Of a stretch of 64,000 nt of DNA, positions 11,901 to 24,020 are shown one piece after another. The notes beneath the pieces are model-generated. The model saw only the letters and a program-made list of their open reading frames with translations. It ran no database searches and had not been told where the DNA came from. Within the stretch, counting starts at the first letter, position 1. Each line of letters begins with the position of its first letter. The DNA comes from Azolla caroliniana (taxonomy: Eukaryota > Plantae > Polypodiophyta). The position numbers were made by a program, and so were the translations under genes. The DNA is taken from contig JBHGNT010000025.1 in the NCBI GenBank assembly GCA_043228905.1, forward strand, positions 124,001 through 188,000. The letters run 5' to 3'.

Positions 11901-13900
11901 GATATGGTATTAAAAAATCATGATTTTGAAATTGAGGTCGAGAGACATGAAGAAATTAGCAATCTTGAGGAGGGAGTTGAGAGGAGCCCTTGAGTACATT
12001 AAAATGTTCATACCTGGCGCGTGTGATATCGGATTTTTGTGTTCAAACATGCGAATCGAAGCTAACAACGCTAGCTATGACATGGTATTAAAAAATCAAG
12101 ATTTTGAAACTCAGGTCGAGAGATATGAAGAAATTAGCAATCTTGAGGAGGGAGTTGAGAGGAGCCCTTGAGTACATTAAAATGTTCATACCTGGCGCGT
12201 GTGATATCGGATTTTTGTGTTCAAACATGCGAATCGAAGCTCACAACGCTAGCTATGATATGGTTTTAAAAAATCATGATTTTGAAATTGAGGTCGAGAG
12301 ACATATCGAAATTAGCAATCTTGAGGAGGAAATTGAAAGGAGCCCTTGAGTACATTAAAATGTTCATACCTGGCTCGTGTGATATCGGATTTTTGTGTTC
12401 AAACATGTGAATCGCAGCTAACAACGCTAGCTATGACATGGTATTAAGAAATCAAGATTTTGAAACTCAGGTCGAGAGATATGAAGAAATTAGCAATCTT
12501 GAGGAGGGAGTTGAGAGGAGCCCTTGAGTACATTAAAATGTTCATACCTGGCGCGTGTGATATCGGATTTTTGTGTTCAAACATGCGAATCGAAGCTAAC
12601 AACGCTAGCTATGACATGGTATTAAAAAATCAAGATTTTGAAACTCAGGTCGAGAGATATGAAGAAATTAGCAATCTTGAGGAGGGAGTTGAGAGGAGCC
12701 CTTGAGTACATTAAAATGTTCATACCTGGCGCGTGTGATATCGGACTTTTCTGTTCAAACATGCGAATCGAAGCTAACAACGCTAGCTATTATATGGAAC
12801 TAAAAAATCAAGATTTTGAAACTCAGGTCGAGAAATATGAAGAAATTAGCAATCTTGAGGAGGGAGTTGAGAGGAGCCCTTGAGTACATTAAAATGTTCA
12901 TACCTGGCGCGTGTGATATCGGATTTTTGTGTTCAAACATGCGAATCGAAGCTAACAACGCTAGCTATGACATGGTATTAAAAAATCAAGATTTTGAAAC
13001 TCAGGTCGAGAGATATGAAGAAATTAGCAATCTTGAGGAGGGAGTTGAGAGGAGCACTTGAGTATATTAAAATGTTTATACCTGGCTCGTGTGATATCGG
13101 ATTTTTGTGTTCAAACATGCGAATCGAAGCTCACAACGCTAGCTATGATATGGTATTAAAAAATCATGATTTTGAAATTGAGGTCGAGAGACATGAAGAA
13201 ATTAGCAATCTTGAGGAGGGAGTTGAGAGGAGCCCTTGAGTACATTAAAATGTTCATACCTGGCTCGTGTGATATCGGATTTTTGTGTTCAACCATGCGA
13301 ATCGAAGCTCACAACGCTAGCTATGATATGGTATTAAAAAATCATGATTTTGAAATTGAGGTCGAGAGACATGAAGAAATTAGCAATCTTGAGGAGGGAG
13401 TTGAGAGGAGCCCTTGAGTACATTAAAATGTTCATACCTGGCGCGTGTGATATCGGATTTTTGTGTTCAAACATGCGAATCGAAGCTAACAACGCTAGCT
13501 ATGACATGGTATTAAAAAATCAAGATTTTGAAACTCAGGTCGAGAGATATGAAGAAATTAGCAATCTTGAGGAGGGAGTTGAGAGGAGCCCTTGAGTACA
13601 TTAAAATGTTCATACCTGGCGCGTGTGATATCGGATTTTTGTGTTCAAACATGCGAATCGAAGCTCACAACGCTAGCTATGATATGGTTTTAAAAAATCA
13701 TGATTTTGAAATTGAGGTCGAGAGACATATCGAAATTAGCAATCTTGAGGAGGAAATTGAAAGGAGCCCTTGAGTACATTAAAATGTTCATACCTGGCTC
13801 GTGTGATATCGGATTTTTGTGTTCAAACATGTGAATCGCAGCTAACAACGCTAGCTATGACATGGTATTAAGAAATCAAGATTTTGAAACTCAGGTCGAG
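9000..13900 (+). repeat. Local HORs: 7-mer (1246 bp) followed by 8-mer (1424 bp) tandem duplication
   Basis: The marker GGACTTTTCTG + GAGAAATATG appears in ORFs 9968, 11214 (+1246) and 12638 (+1424). The ORF series 11214-12104 is repeated at 12638-13528. Confidence 0.85.
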
Positions 13901-15549
13901 AGATATTACGAAATTACCTACTTTGAGGAGGGAGTTGAGACGACCTAGTAGGTAAATTAAAATGTTCATACCTGGCTCGTGTGATATCGGATTTTTGTGT
14001 TCAAACATGCGAATCAAAGCTAACAATGCTAGCTATGATATAGAACTAAAAAATCAAGATTTTGAAACTCAGGTCGAGAGATATGAAGAAATTAGCAATC
14101 TTGAGGAGGGAGTTGACAGGAGCCCTTGAGTACATTAAAATGTTCATACCAGGCGCGTGTGATATCGGATTTTGGTGTTCAAACATGCGAATCGAAGCTA
14201 ACAATGCTAGCTATTATATGGAACTAAAAAATCAAGATTTTGAAACTCAGGTCGAGAGATATAAAGAAATTAGCAATCTTGAGGAGGGAGTTGACAGGAG
14301 CCCTTGAGTACATTAAAATGTTCATACCTGGCGCGTGTGATATCGGATTTTTGTGTTCAAACATGCGAATCGAAGCTAACAACGCTAGCTATGACATGGA
14401 ACTAAAAAATCAAGATTTTGAAACTCAGGTCGAGAGATATGAAGAAATTAGCAATCTTGAGGAGGGAGTTGAGAGGAGCCCTTGAGTAAATTAAAATGTT
14501 CATACCTGGCTCGTGTGATATCGGATTTTTGTGTTCAAACATGCGAATCGAAGCTCACAACGCTAGCTATGATATGGTATGAAAAAATCATGATTTTGAA
14601 ATTGAGGTCGAGAGACATGAAGAAATTAGCAATCTTGAGGAGGGAGTTGAGAGGAGCCCTTGAGTACATTAAAATGTTCATACCTGGCGCGTGTGATATC
14701 GGATTTTTGTGATCAAACATGCGAATCGAAGCTAACAACGCTAGCTATGACATGGTATTAAAAAATCAAGATTTTGAAACTCAGGTCGAGAGATATGAAG
14801 AAATTAGCAATCTTGAGGAGGGAGTTGAGAGGAGCCCTTGAGTACATTAAAATGTTCATACCTGGCGCGTGTGATATCGGATTTTTGTGTTCAAACATGC
14901 GAATCGAAGCTCACAACGCTAGCTATGATATGGTTTTAAAAAATCATGATTTTGAAATTGAGGTCGAGAGACATATCGAAATTAGCAATCTTGAGGAGGA
15001 AGTTGAAAGGAGCCCTTGAGTACATTAAAATGTTCATACCTGGCTCGTGTGATATCGGATTTTTGTGTTCAAACATGTGAATCGCAGCTAACAACGCTAG
15101 CTATGACATGGTATTAAGAAATCAAGATTTTGAAACTCAGGTCGAGAGATATTACGAAATTACCTACTTTGAGGAGGGAGTTGAGACGACCTAGTAGGTA
15201 AATTAAAATGTTCATACCTGGCTCGTGTGATATCGGATTTTTGTGTTCAAACATGCGAATCAAAGCTAACAATGCTAGCTATGATATGGAACTAAAAAAT
15301 CAAGATTTTGAAACTCAGGTCGAGAGATATGAAGAAATTAGCAATCTTGAGGAGGGAGTTGAGAGGAGCCCTTGAGTACATTAAAATGTTCATACCTGGC
15401 GCGTGTGATATCGGATTTTTGTGTTCAAACATGCGAATCGAAGCTAACAATGCTAGCTATTATATGGAACTAAAAAATCAAGATTTTGAAACTCTGGTCG
15501 AGAGATATGAAGAAATTAGCAATCTTGAGGAGGGAGTTGAGAGGAGCCC

Positions 15550-18500
15550 TTGAGTACTTTAAAATGTTCATACCTGGCGCGTGTGATATCGTATTTTTGT
15601 GTTCAAACATGCGAATCGAAGCTAACAACACTAGCTATTCTATGGAACTAAAAAATCAAGATTTTGAAACTCAGGTCGAGAGATATGAAGAAATTAGCAA
15701 TCTTGAGGAGGGAGTTGAGAGGAGCCCTTGAGTAAATTAAAATGTTCATACCTGGCTCGTGTGATATCGGATTTTTGTGTTCAAACATGCGAATCGAAGC
15801 TCACAACGCTAGCTATGATATGGTATTAAAAAATCATGATTTTGAAATTGAGGTCGAGAGACATGAAGAAATTAGCAATCTTGAGGAGGGAGTTGAGAGG
15901 AGCCCTTGAGTACATTAAAATGTTCATACCTGGCACGTGTGATATCGGATTTTTGTGTTCAAACATGCGAATCGAAGCTAACAATGCTAGCTATTATATG
16001 GAACTAAAAAATCAAGATTTTGAAACTCAGGTCGAGAGATATGAAGAAATTAGCAATCTTGAGGAGGGAGTTGAGAGGAGCACTTGAGTATATTAAAATG
16101 TTTATACCTGGCTCGTGTGATATCGGATTTTTGTGTTCAAACATGCGAATCGAAGCTAATCACGCTAGCTATGACATGTTATTAAAAAATCAAGATTTTG
16201 AAACTCAGGTCGAGAGACATGACGAAATTACCTAATTTGAGGACTGAGTTGAGACGACCTAGTAGGTAAATTAAAATGTTCATACCTGGCTCGTGTGATA
16301 TCGGATTTTTGTGTTCAAACATGCGAATCAAGCTAACAACGCTAGCTATTATATGGAACTAAAAAATCAAGATTTTGAAACTCAGGTCGAGAGATATGAA
16401 GAAATTAGCAATCTTGAGGAGGGAGTTGAGAGGAGCCCTTGAGTACATTAAAATGTTCATACCTGGCGCGTGTGATATCGGATTTTTGTGTTCAAACATG
16501 TGAATCGAAGCTAACAATGCTAGCTATTATATGGAACTAAAAAATCAAGATTTTGAAACTCAGGTCGAGAGATATGAAGAAATTAGCAATCTTGAGGAGG
16601 GAGTTGAGAGGAGCCCTTGAGTACATTAAAATGTTCATACCTGGCGCGTGTGATATCGTATTTTTGTGTTCAAACATGCGAATCGAAGCTAACAACACTA
16701 GCTATTCTATGGAACTAAAAAATCAAGATTTTGAAACTCAGGTCGAGAGATATGAAGAAATTAGCAATCTTGAGGAGGGAGTTGAGAGGAGCCCTTGAGT
16801 AAATTAAAATGTTCATACCTGGCTCGTGTGATATCGGATTTTTGTGTTCAAATATGCGAATCGAAGCTCACAACGCTAGCTATGATATGGTATTAAAAAA
16901 TCATGATTTTGAAATTGAGGTCGAGAGACATGAAGAAATTAGCAATCTTGAGGAGGGAGTTGAGAGGAGCCCTTGAGTACATTAAAATGTTCATACCTGG
17001 CATGTGTGATATCGGATTTTTGTGTTCAAACATGCGAATCGAAGCTAACAATGCTAGCTATTATATGGAACTAAAAAATCAAGATTTTGAAACTCAGGTC
17101 GAGAGATATGAAGAAATTAGCAATCTTGAGGAGGGAGTTGAGAGGAGCCCTTGAGTGCATTAAAATGTTCATACCTGGCGCGTGTGATATCGGATTTTTG
17201 TGTTCAAACATGCGAATCGAAGCTAACAATGCTAGCTATTATATGGAACTAAAAAATCAAGATTTTGAAACTCAGCTCGAGAGATATGAAGAAATTAGCA
17301 ATCTTGAGGAGGGAGTTGAGAGGAGCACTTGAGTATATTAAAATGTTTATACCTGGCTCGTGTGATATCGGATTTTTGTGTTCAAACATGCGAATCGAAG
17401 CTAATCACGCTAGCTATGACATGTTATTAAAAAATCAAGATTTTGAAACTCAGGTAGAGAGACATGACGAAATTACCTAATTTGAGGAGTGAGTTGAGAG
17501 GAGCCCTTGGGTACATTACAATGTTCATACCTGGCTCGTGTGATATCGGATTTTTGTGTTCAAACATGCGAATCGAAGCTCACAACGCTAGCTATGATAT
17601 GGTATTAAAAAATCATGATTTTGAAATTGAGGTCGAGAGACATGAAGAAATTAGCAATCTTGAGGAGGGAGTTGAGAGGAGCCCTTGAGTACATTAAAAT
17701 GTTCATACCTGGCATGTGTGATATCGGATTTTTGTGTTCAAACATGCGAATCGAAGCTAACAATGCTAGCTATTATATGGAACTAAAAAATCAAGATTTT
17801 GAAACTCAGGTCGAGAGATATGAAGAAATTAGCAATCTTGAGGAGGGAGTTGAGAGGAGCCCTTGAGTGCATTAAAATGTTCATACCTGGCGCGTGTGAT
17901 ATCGGATTTTTGTGTTCAAACATGCGAATCGAAGCTAACAACGCTAGCTATGACATGGTATTAAAAAATCAAGATTTTGAAACTCAGGTCGAGAGATATG
18001 AAGAAATTACCTACTTTGAGGAGGGAGTTGAGAGGAGCCCTTGAGTAAATTAAAATGTTCATACCTGGCTCGTGTGATATCGGATTTTTGTGTTCAACCA
18101 TGCGAATCGAAGCTCACAACGCTAGCTATGATATGGTATTAAAAAATCATGATTTTGAAATTGAGGTCGAGAGACATGAAGAAATTAGCAATCTTGAGGA
18201 GGGAGTTGAGAGGAGCCCTTGAGTACATTAAAATGTTCATACCTGGCGCGTGTGATATCGGATTTTTGTGTTCAAACATGCGAATCGAAGCTAACAACGC
18301 TAGCTATGACATGGTATTAAAAAATCAAGCTTTTGAAACTCAGGTCGAGAGACATGACGAAATTACCTAATTTGAGGACTGAGTTGAGACGACCTAGTAG
18401 GTAAATTAAAATGTTCATACCTGGCGCGTGTGATATCGGATTTTTGTGTTCAAACATGCGCATCAAGCTAACAACGCTAGCTATTATATGGAACTAAAAA

Positions 18501-20720
18501 ATCAAGATTTTGAAACTCAGGTCGAGAGATATGAAGAAATTAGCAATCTTGAGGAGGGAGTTGAGAGGAGCCCTTGAGTACATTAAAATGTTCATACCTG
18601 GCGCGTGTGATATCGTATTTTTGTGTTCAAACATGCGAATCGAAGCTAACAACACTAGCTATTCTATGGAACTAAAAAATCAAGATTTTGAAACTCAGGT
18701 CGAGAGATATGAAGAAATTAGCAATCTTGAGGAGGGAGTTGAGAGGAGCCCTTGAGTAAATTAAAATGTTCATACCTGGCTCGTGTGATATCGGATTTTT
18801 GTGTTCAAACATGCGAATCGAAGCTCACAACGCTAGCTATGATATGGTATTAAAAAATCATGATTTTGAAATTGAGGTCGAGAGACATGAAGAAATTAGC
18901 AATCTTGAGGAGGGAGTTGAGAGGAGCCCTTGAGTACATTAAAATGTTCATACCTGGCACGTGTGATATCGGATTTTTGTGTTCAAACATGCGAATCGAA
19001 GCTAACAATGCTAGCTATTATATGGAACTAAAAAATCAAGATTTTGAAACTCAGGTCGAGAGATATGAAGAAATTAGCAATCTTGAGGAGGGAGTTGAGA
19101 GGAGCACTTGAGTATATTAAAATGTTTATACCTGGCTCGTGTGATATCGGATTTTTGTGTTCAAACATGCGAATCGAAGCTAATCACGCTAGCTATGACA
19201 TGTTATTAAAAAATCAAGATTTTGAAACTCAGGTAGAGAGACATGACGAAATTACCTAATTTGAGGACTGAGTTGAGACGACCTAGTAGGTAAATTAAAA
19301 TGTTCATACCTGGCTCGTGTGATATCGGATTTTTGTGTTCAAACATGCGAATCAAGCTCACAACGCTAGCTATGATATGGAACTAAAAAATCAAGATTTT
19401 GAAACTCAGGTCGAGAGATATGAAGAAATTAGCAATCTTGAGGAGGGAGTTGAGAGGAGCCCTTGAGTACATTAAAATGTTCATACCTGGCGCGTGTGAT
19501 ATCGGATTTTTGTGTTCAAACATGCGAATCGAAGCTAACAATGCTAGCTATTATATGGAACTAAAAAATCAAGATTTTGAAACTCAGGTCGAGAGATATG
19601 AAGAAATTAGCAATCTTGAGGAGGGAGTTGAGAGGAGCCCTTGAGTACATTAAAATGTTCATACCTGGCGCGTGTGATATCGTATTTTTGTGTTCAAACA
19701 TGCGAATCGAAGCTAACAACACTAGCTATTCTATGGAACTAAAAAATCAAGATTTTGAAACTCAGGTCGAGAGATATGAAGAAATTAGCAATCTTGAGGA
19801 GGGAGTTGAGAGGAGCCCTTGAGTAAATTAAAATGTTCATACCTGGCTCGTGTGATATCGGATTTTTGTGTTCAAACATGCGAATCGAAGCTCACAACGC
19901 TAGCTATGATATGGTATTAAAAAATCATGATTTTGAAATTGAGGTCGAGAGACATGAAGAAATTAGCAATCTTGAGGAGGGAGTTGAGAGGAGCCCTTGA
20001 GTACATTAAAATGTTCATACCTGGCATGTGTGATATCGGATTTTTGTGTTCAAACATGCGAATCGAAGCTAACAATGCTAGCTATTATATGGAACTAAAA
20101 AATCAAGATTTTGAAACTCAGGTCGAGAGATATGAAGAAATTAGCAATCTTGAGGAGGGAGTTGAGAGGAGCCCTTGAGTGCATTAAAATGTTCATACCT
20201 GGCGCGTGTGATATCGGATTTTTGTGTTCAAACATGCGAATCGAAGCTAACAATGCTAGCTATTATATGGAACTAAAAAATCAAGATTTTGAAACTCAGC
20301 TCGAGAGATATGAAGAAATTAGCAATCTTGAGGAGGGAGTTGAGAGGAGCACTTGAGTATATTAAAATGTTTATACCTGGCTCGTGTGATATCGGATTTT
20401 TGTGTTCAAACATGCGAATCGAAGCTAATCACGCTAGCTATGACATGTTATTAAAAAATCAAGATTTTGAAACTCAGGTAGAGAGACATGACGAAATTAC
20501 CTAATTTGAGGAGTGAGTTGAGAGGAGCCCTTGGGTACATTACAATGTTCATACCTGGCTCGTGTGATATCGGATTTTTGTGTTCAAACATGCGAATCGA
20601 AGCTCACAACGCTAGCTATGATATGGTATTAAAAAATCATGATTTTGAAATTGAGGTCGAGAGACATGAAGAAATTAGCAATCTTGAGGAGGGAGTTGAG
20701 AGGAGCCCTTGAGTACATTA
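15550..20720 (+). repeat. Partial 17-mer duplication (3024-bp offset)
   Basis: ORF variants 15836/18860, 16020/19044, 16553/19577, 16903/19927, 17087/20111, 17265/20289 and 17464/20488 are all offset by 3024. Confidence 0.8.
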
Positions 20721-23700
20721 AAATGTTCATACCTGGCGCGTGTGATATCGAATTTTTGTGTTCAAACATGCGAATCGAAGCTAACAACGCTAGCTATGAC
20801 ATGGTATTAAAAAATCAAGATTTTGAAACTCAGGTCGAGAGATATGAAGAAATTACCTACTTTGAGGAGGGAGTTGAGAGGAGCCCTTGAGTACATTAAA
20901 ATGTTCATACCTGGCTCGTGTGATATCGGATTTTTGTGTTCAACCATGCGAATCGAAGCTCACAACGCTAGCTATGATATGGTATTAAAAAATCATGATT
21001 TTGAAATTGAGGTCGAGAGACATGAAGAAATTAGCAATCTTGAGGAGGGAGTTGAGAGGAGCCCTTGAGTACATTAAAATGTTCATACCTGGCGCGTGTG
21101 ATATCGGATTTTTGTGTTCAAACATGCGAATCGAAGCTAACAACGCTAGCTATGACATGGTATTAAAAAATCAAGATTTTGAAACTCAGGTCGAGAGATA
21201 TGAAGAAATTAGCAATCTTGAGGAGGGAGTTGAGAGGAGCCCTTGAGTACATTAAAATGTTCATACCTGGCGCGTGTGATATCGGACTTTTCTGTTCAAA
21301 CATGCGAATCGAAGCTAACAACGCTAGCTATTATATGGAACTAAAAAATCAAGATTTTGAAACTCAGGTCGAGAAATATGAAGAAATTAGCAATCTTGAG
21401 GAGGGAGTTGAGAGGAGCCCTTGAGTACATTAAAATGTTCATACCTGGCGCGTGTGATATCGGATTTTTGTGTTCAAACATGCGAATCGAAGCTAACAAC
21501 GCTAGCTATGACATGGTATTAAAAAATCAAGATTTTGAAACTCAGGTCGAGAGATATGAAGAAATTAGCAATCTTGAGGAGGGAGTTGAGAGGAGCACTT
21601 GAGTATATTAAAATGTTTATACCTGGCTCGTGTGATATCGGATTTTTGTGTTCAAACATGCGAATCGAAGCTCACAACGCTAGCTATGATATGGTATTAA
21701 AAAATCATGATTTTGAAATTGAGGTCGAGAGACATGAAGAAATTAGCAATCTTGAGGAGGGAGTTGAGAGGAGCCCTTGAGTACATTAAAATGTTCATAC
21801 CTGGCTCGTGTGATATCGGATTTTTGTGTTCAACCATGCGAATCGAAGCTCACAACGCTAGCTATGATATGGTATTAAAAAATCATGATTTTGAAATTGA
21901 GGTCGAGAGACATGAAGAAATTAGCAATCTTGAGGAGGGAGTTGAGAGGAGCCCTTGAGTACATTAAAATGTTCATACCTGGCGCGTGTGATATCGGATT
22001 TTTGTGTTCAAACATGCGAATCGAAGCTAACAACGCTAGCTATGACATGGTATTAAAAAATCAAGATTTTGAAACTCAGGTCGAGAGATATGAAGAAATT
22101 AGCAATCTTGAGGAGGGAGTTGAGAGGAGCCCTTGAGTACATTAAAATGTTCATACCTGGCGCGTGTGATATCGGATTTTTGTGTTCAAACATGCGAATC
22201 GAAGCTCACAACGCTAGCTATGATATGGTTTTAAAAAATCATGATTTTGAAATTGAGGTCGAGAGACATATCGAAATTAGCAATCTTGAGGAGGAAATTG
22301 AAAGGAGCCCTTGAGTACATTAAAATGTTCATACCTGGCTCGTGTGATATCGGATTTTTGTGTTCAAACATGTGAATCGCAGCTAACAACGCTAGCTATG
22401 ACATGGTATTAAGAAATCAAGATTTTGAAACTCAGGTCGAGAGATATTACGAAATTACCTACTTTGAGGAGGGAGTTGAGACGACCTAGTAGGTAAATTA
22501 AAATGTTCATACCTGGCTCGTGTGATATCGGATTTTTGTGTTCAAACATGCGAATCAAAGCTAACAATGCTAGCTATGATATAGAACTAAAAAATCAAGA
22601 TTTTGAAACTCAGGTCGAGAGATATGAAGAAATTAGCAATCTTGAGGAGGGAGTTGACAGGAGCCCTTGAGTACATTAAAATGTTCATACCAGGCGCGTG
22701 TGATATCGGATTTTGGTGTTCAAACATGCGAATCGAAGCTAACAATGCTAGCTATTATATGGAACTAAAAAATCAAGATTTTGAAACTCAGGTCGAGAGA
22801 TATAAAGAAATTAGCAATCTTGAGGAGGGAGTTGACAGGAGCCCTTGAGTACATTAAAATGTTCATACCTGGCGCGTGTGATATCGGATTTTTGTGTTCA
22901 AACATGCGAATCGAAGCTAACAACGCTAGCTATGACATGGAACTAAAAAATCAAGATTTTGAAACTCAGGTCGAGAGATATGAAGAAATTAGCAATCTTG
23001 AGGAGGGAGTTGAGAGGAGCCCTTGAGTAAATTAAAATGTTCATACCTGGCTCGTGTGATATCGGATTTTTGTGTTCAAACATGCGAATCGAAGCTCACA
23101 ACGCTAGCTATGATATGGTATTAAAAAATCATGATTTTGAAATTGAGGTCGAGAGACATGAAGAAATTAGCAATCTTGAGGAGGGAGTTGAGAGGAGCCC
23201 TTGAGTACATTAAAATGTTCATACCTGGCGCGTGTGATATCGGATTTTTGTGATCAAACATGCGAATCGAAGCTAACAACGCTAGCTATGACATGGTATT
23301 AAAAAATCAAGATTTTGAAACTCAGGTCGAGAGATATGAAGAAATTAGCAATCTTGAGGAGGGAGTTGAGAGGAGCCCTTGAGTACATTAAAATGTTCAT
23401 ACCTGGCGCGTGTGATATCGGATTTTTGTGTTCAAACATGCGAATCGAAGCTCACAACGCTAGCTATGATATGGTTTTAAAAAATCATGATTTTGAAATT
23501 GAGGTCGAGAGACATATCGAAATTAGCAATCTTGAGGAGGAAGTTGAAAGGAGCCCTTGAGTACATTAAAATGTTCATACCTGGCTCGTGTGATATCGGA
23601 TTTTTGTGTTCAAACATGTGAATCGCAGCTAACAACGCTAGCTATGACATGGTATTAAGAAATCAAGATTTTGAAACTCAGGTCGAGAGATATTACGAAA

Positions 23701-24020
23701 TTACCTACTTTGAGGAGGGAGTTGAGACGACCTAGTAGGTAAATTAAAATGTTCATACCTGGCTCGTGTGATATCGGATTTTTGTGTTCAAACATGCGAA
23801 TCAAAGCTAACAATGCTAGCTATGATATGGAACTAAAAAATCAAGATTTTGAAACTCAGGTCGAGAGATATGAAGAAATTAGCAATCTTGAGGAGGGAGT
23901 TGAGAGGAGCCCTTGAGTACATTAAAATGTTCATACCTGGCGCGTGTGATATCGGATTTTTGTGTTCAAACATGCGAATCGAAGCTAACAATGCTAGCTA
24001 TTATATGGAACTAAAAAATC
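20370..24020 (+). repeat. Non-adjacent duplicate of the ~10.4-15.5 kb block (offsets 9965 and 8541 bp)
   Basis: Shared rare SNPs TTGACAGG, ACCAGGCG (14151/22692), TTTTGGTG, ATAAAGAA and GTGATCAAAC. ORFs 10858/20823 are offset by 9965 and 14062/22603 by 8541. Confidence 0.88.

Noticed and set aside
14482-14738. Unique-looking ORFs on both strands at 14482-14738 (and 40107-40345)
   Set aside because: They arise from a single SNP (GTATTAA>GTATGAA) that removes stop codons in other frames of the same satellite. They are not an insertion or a gene.
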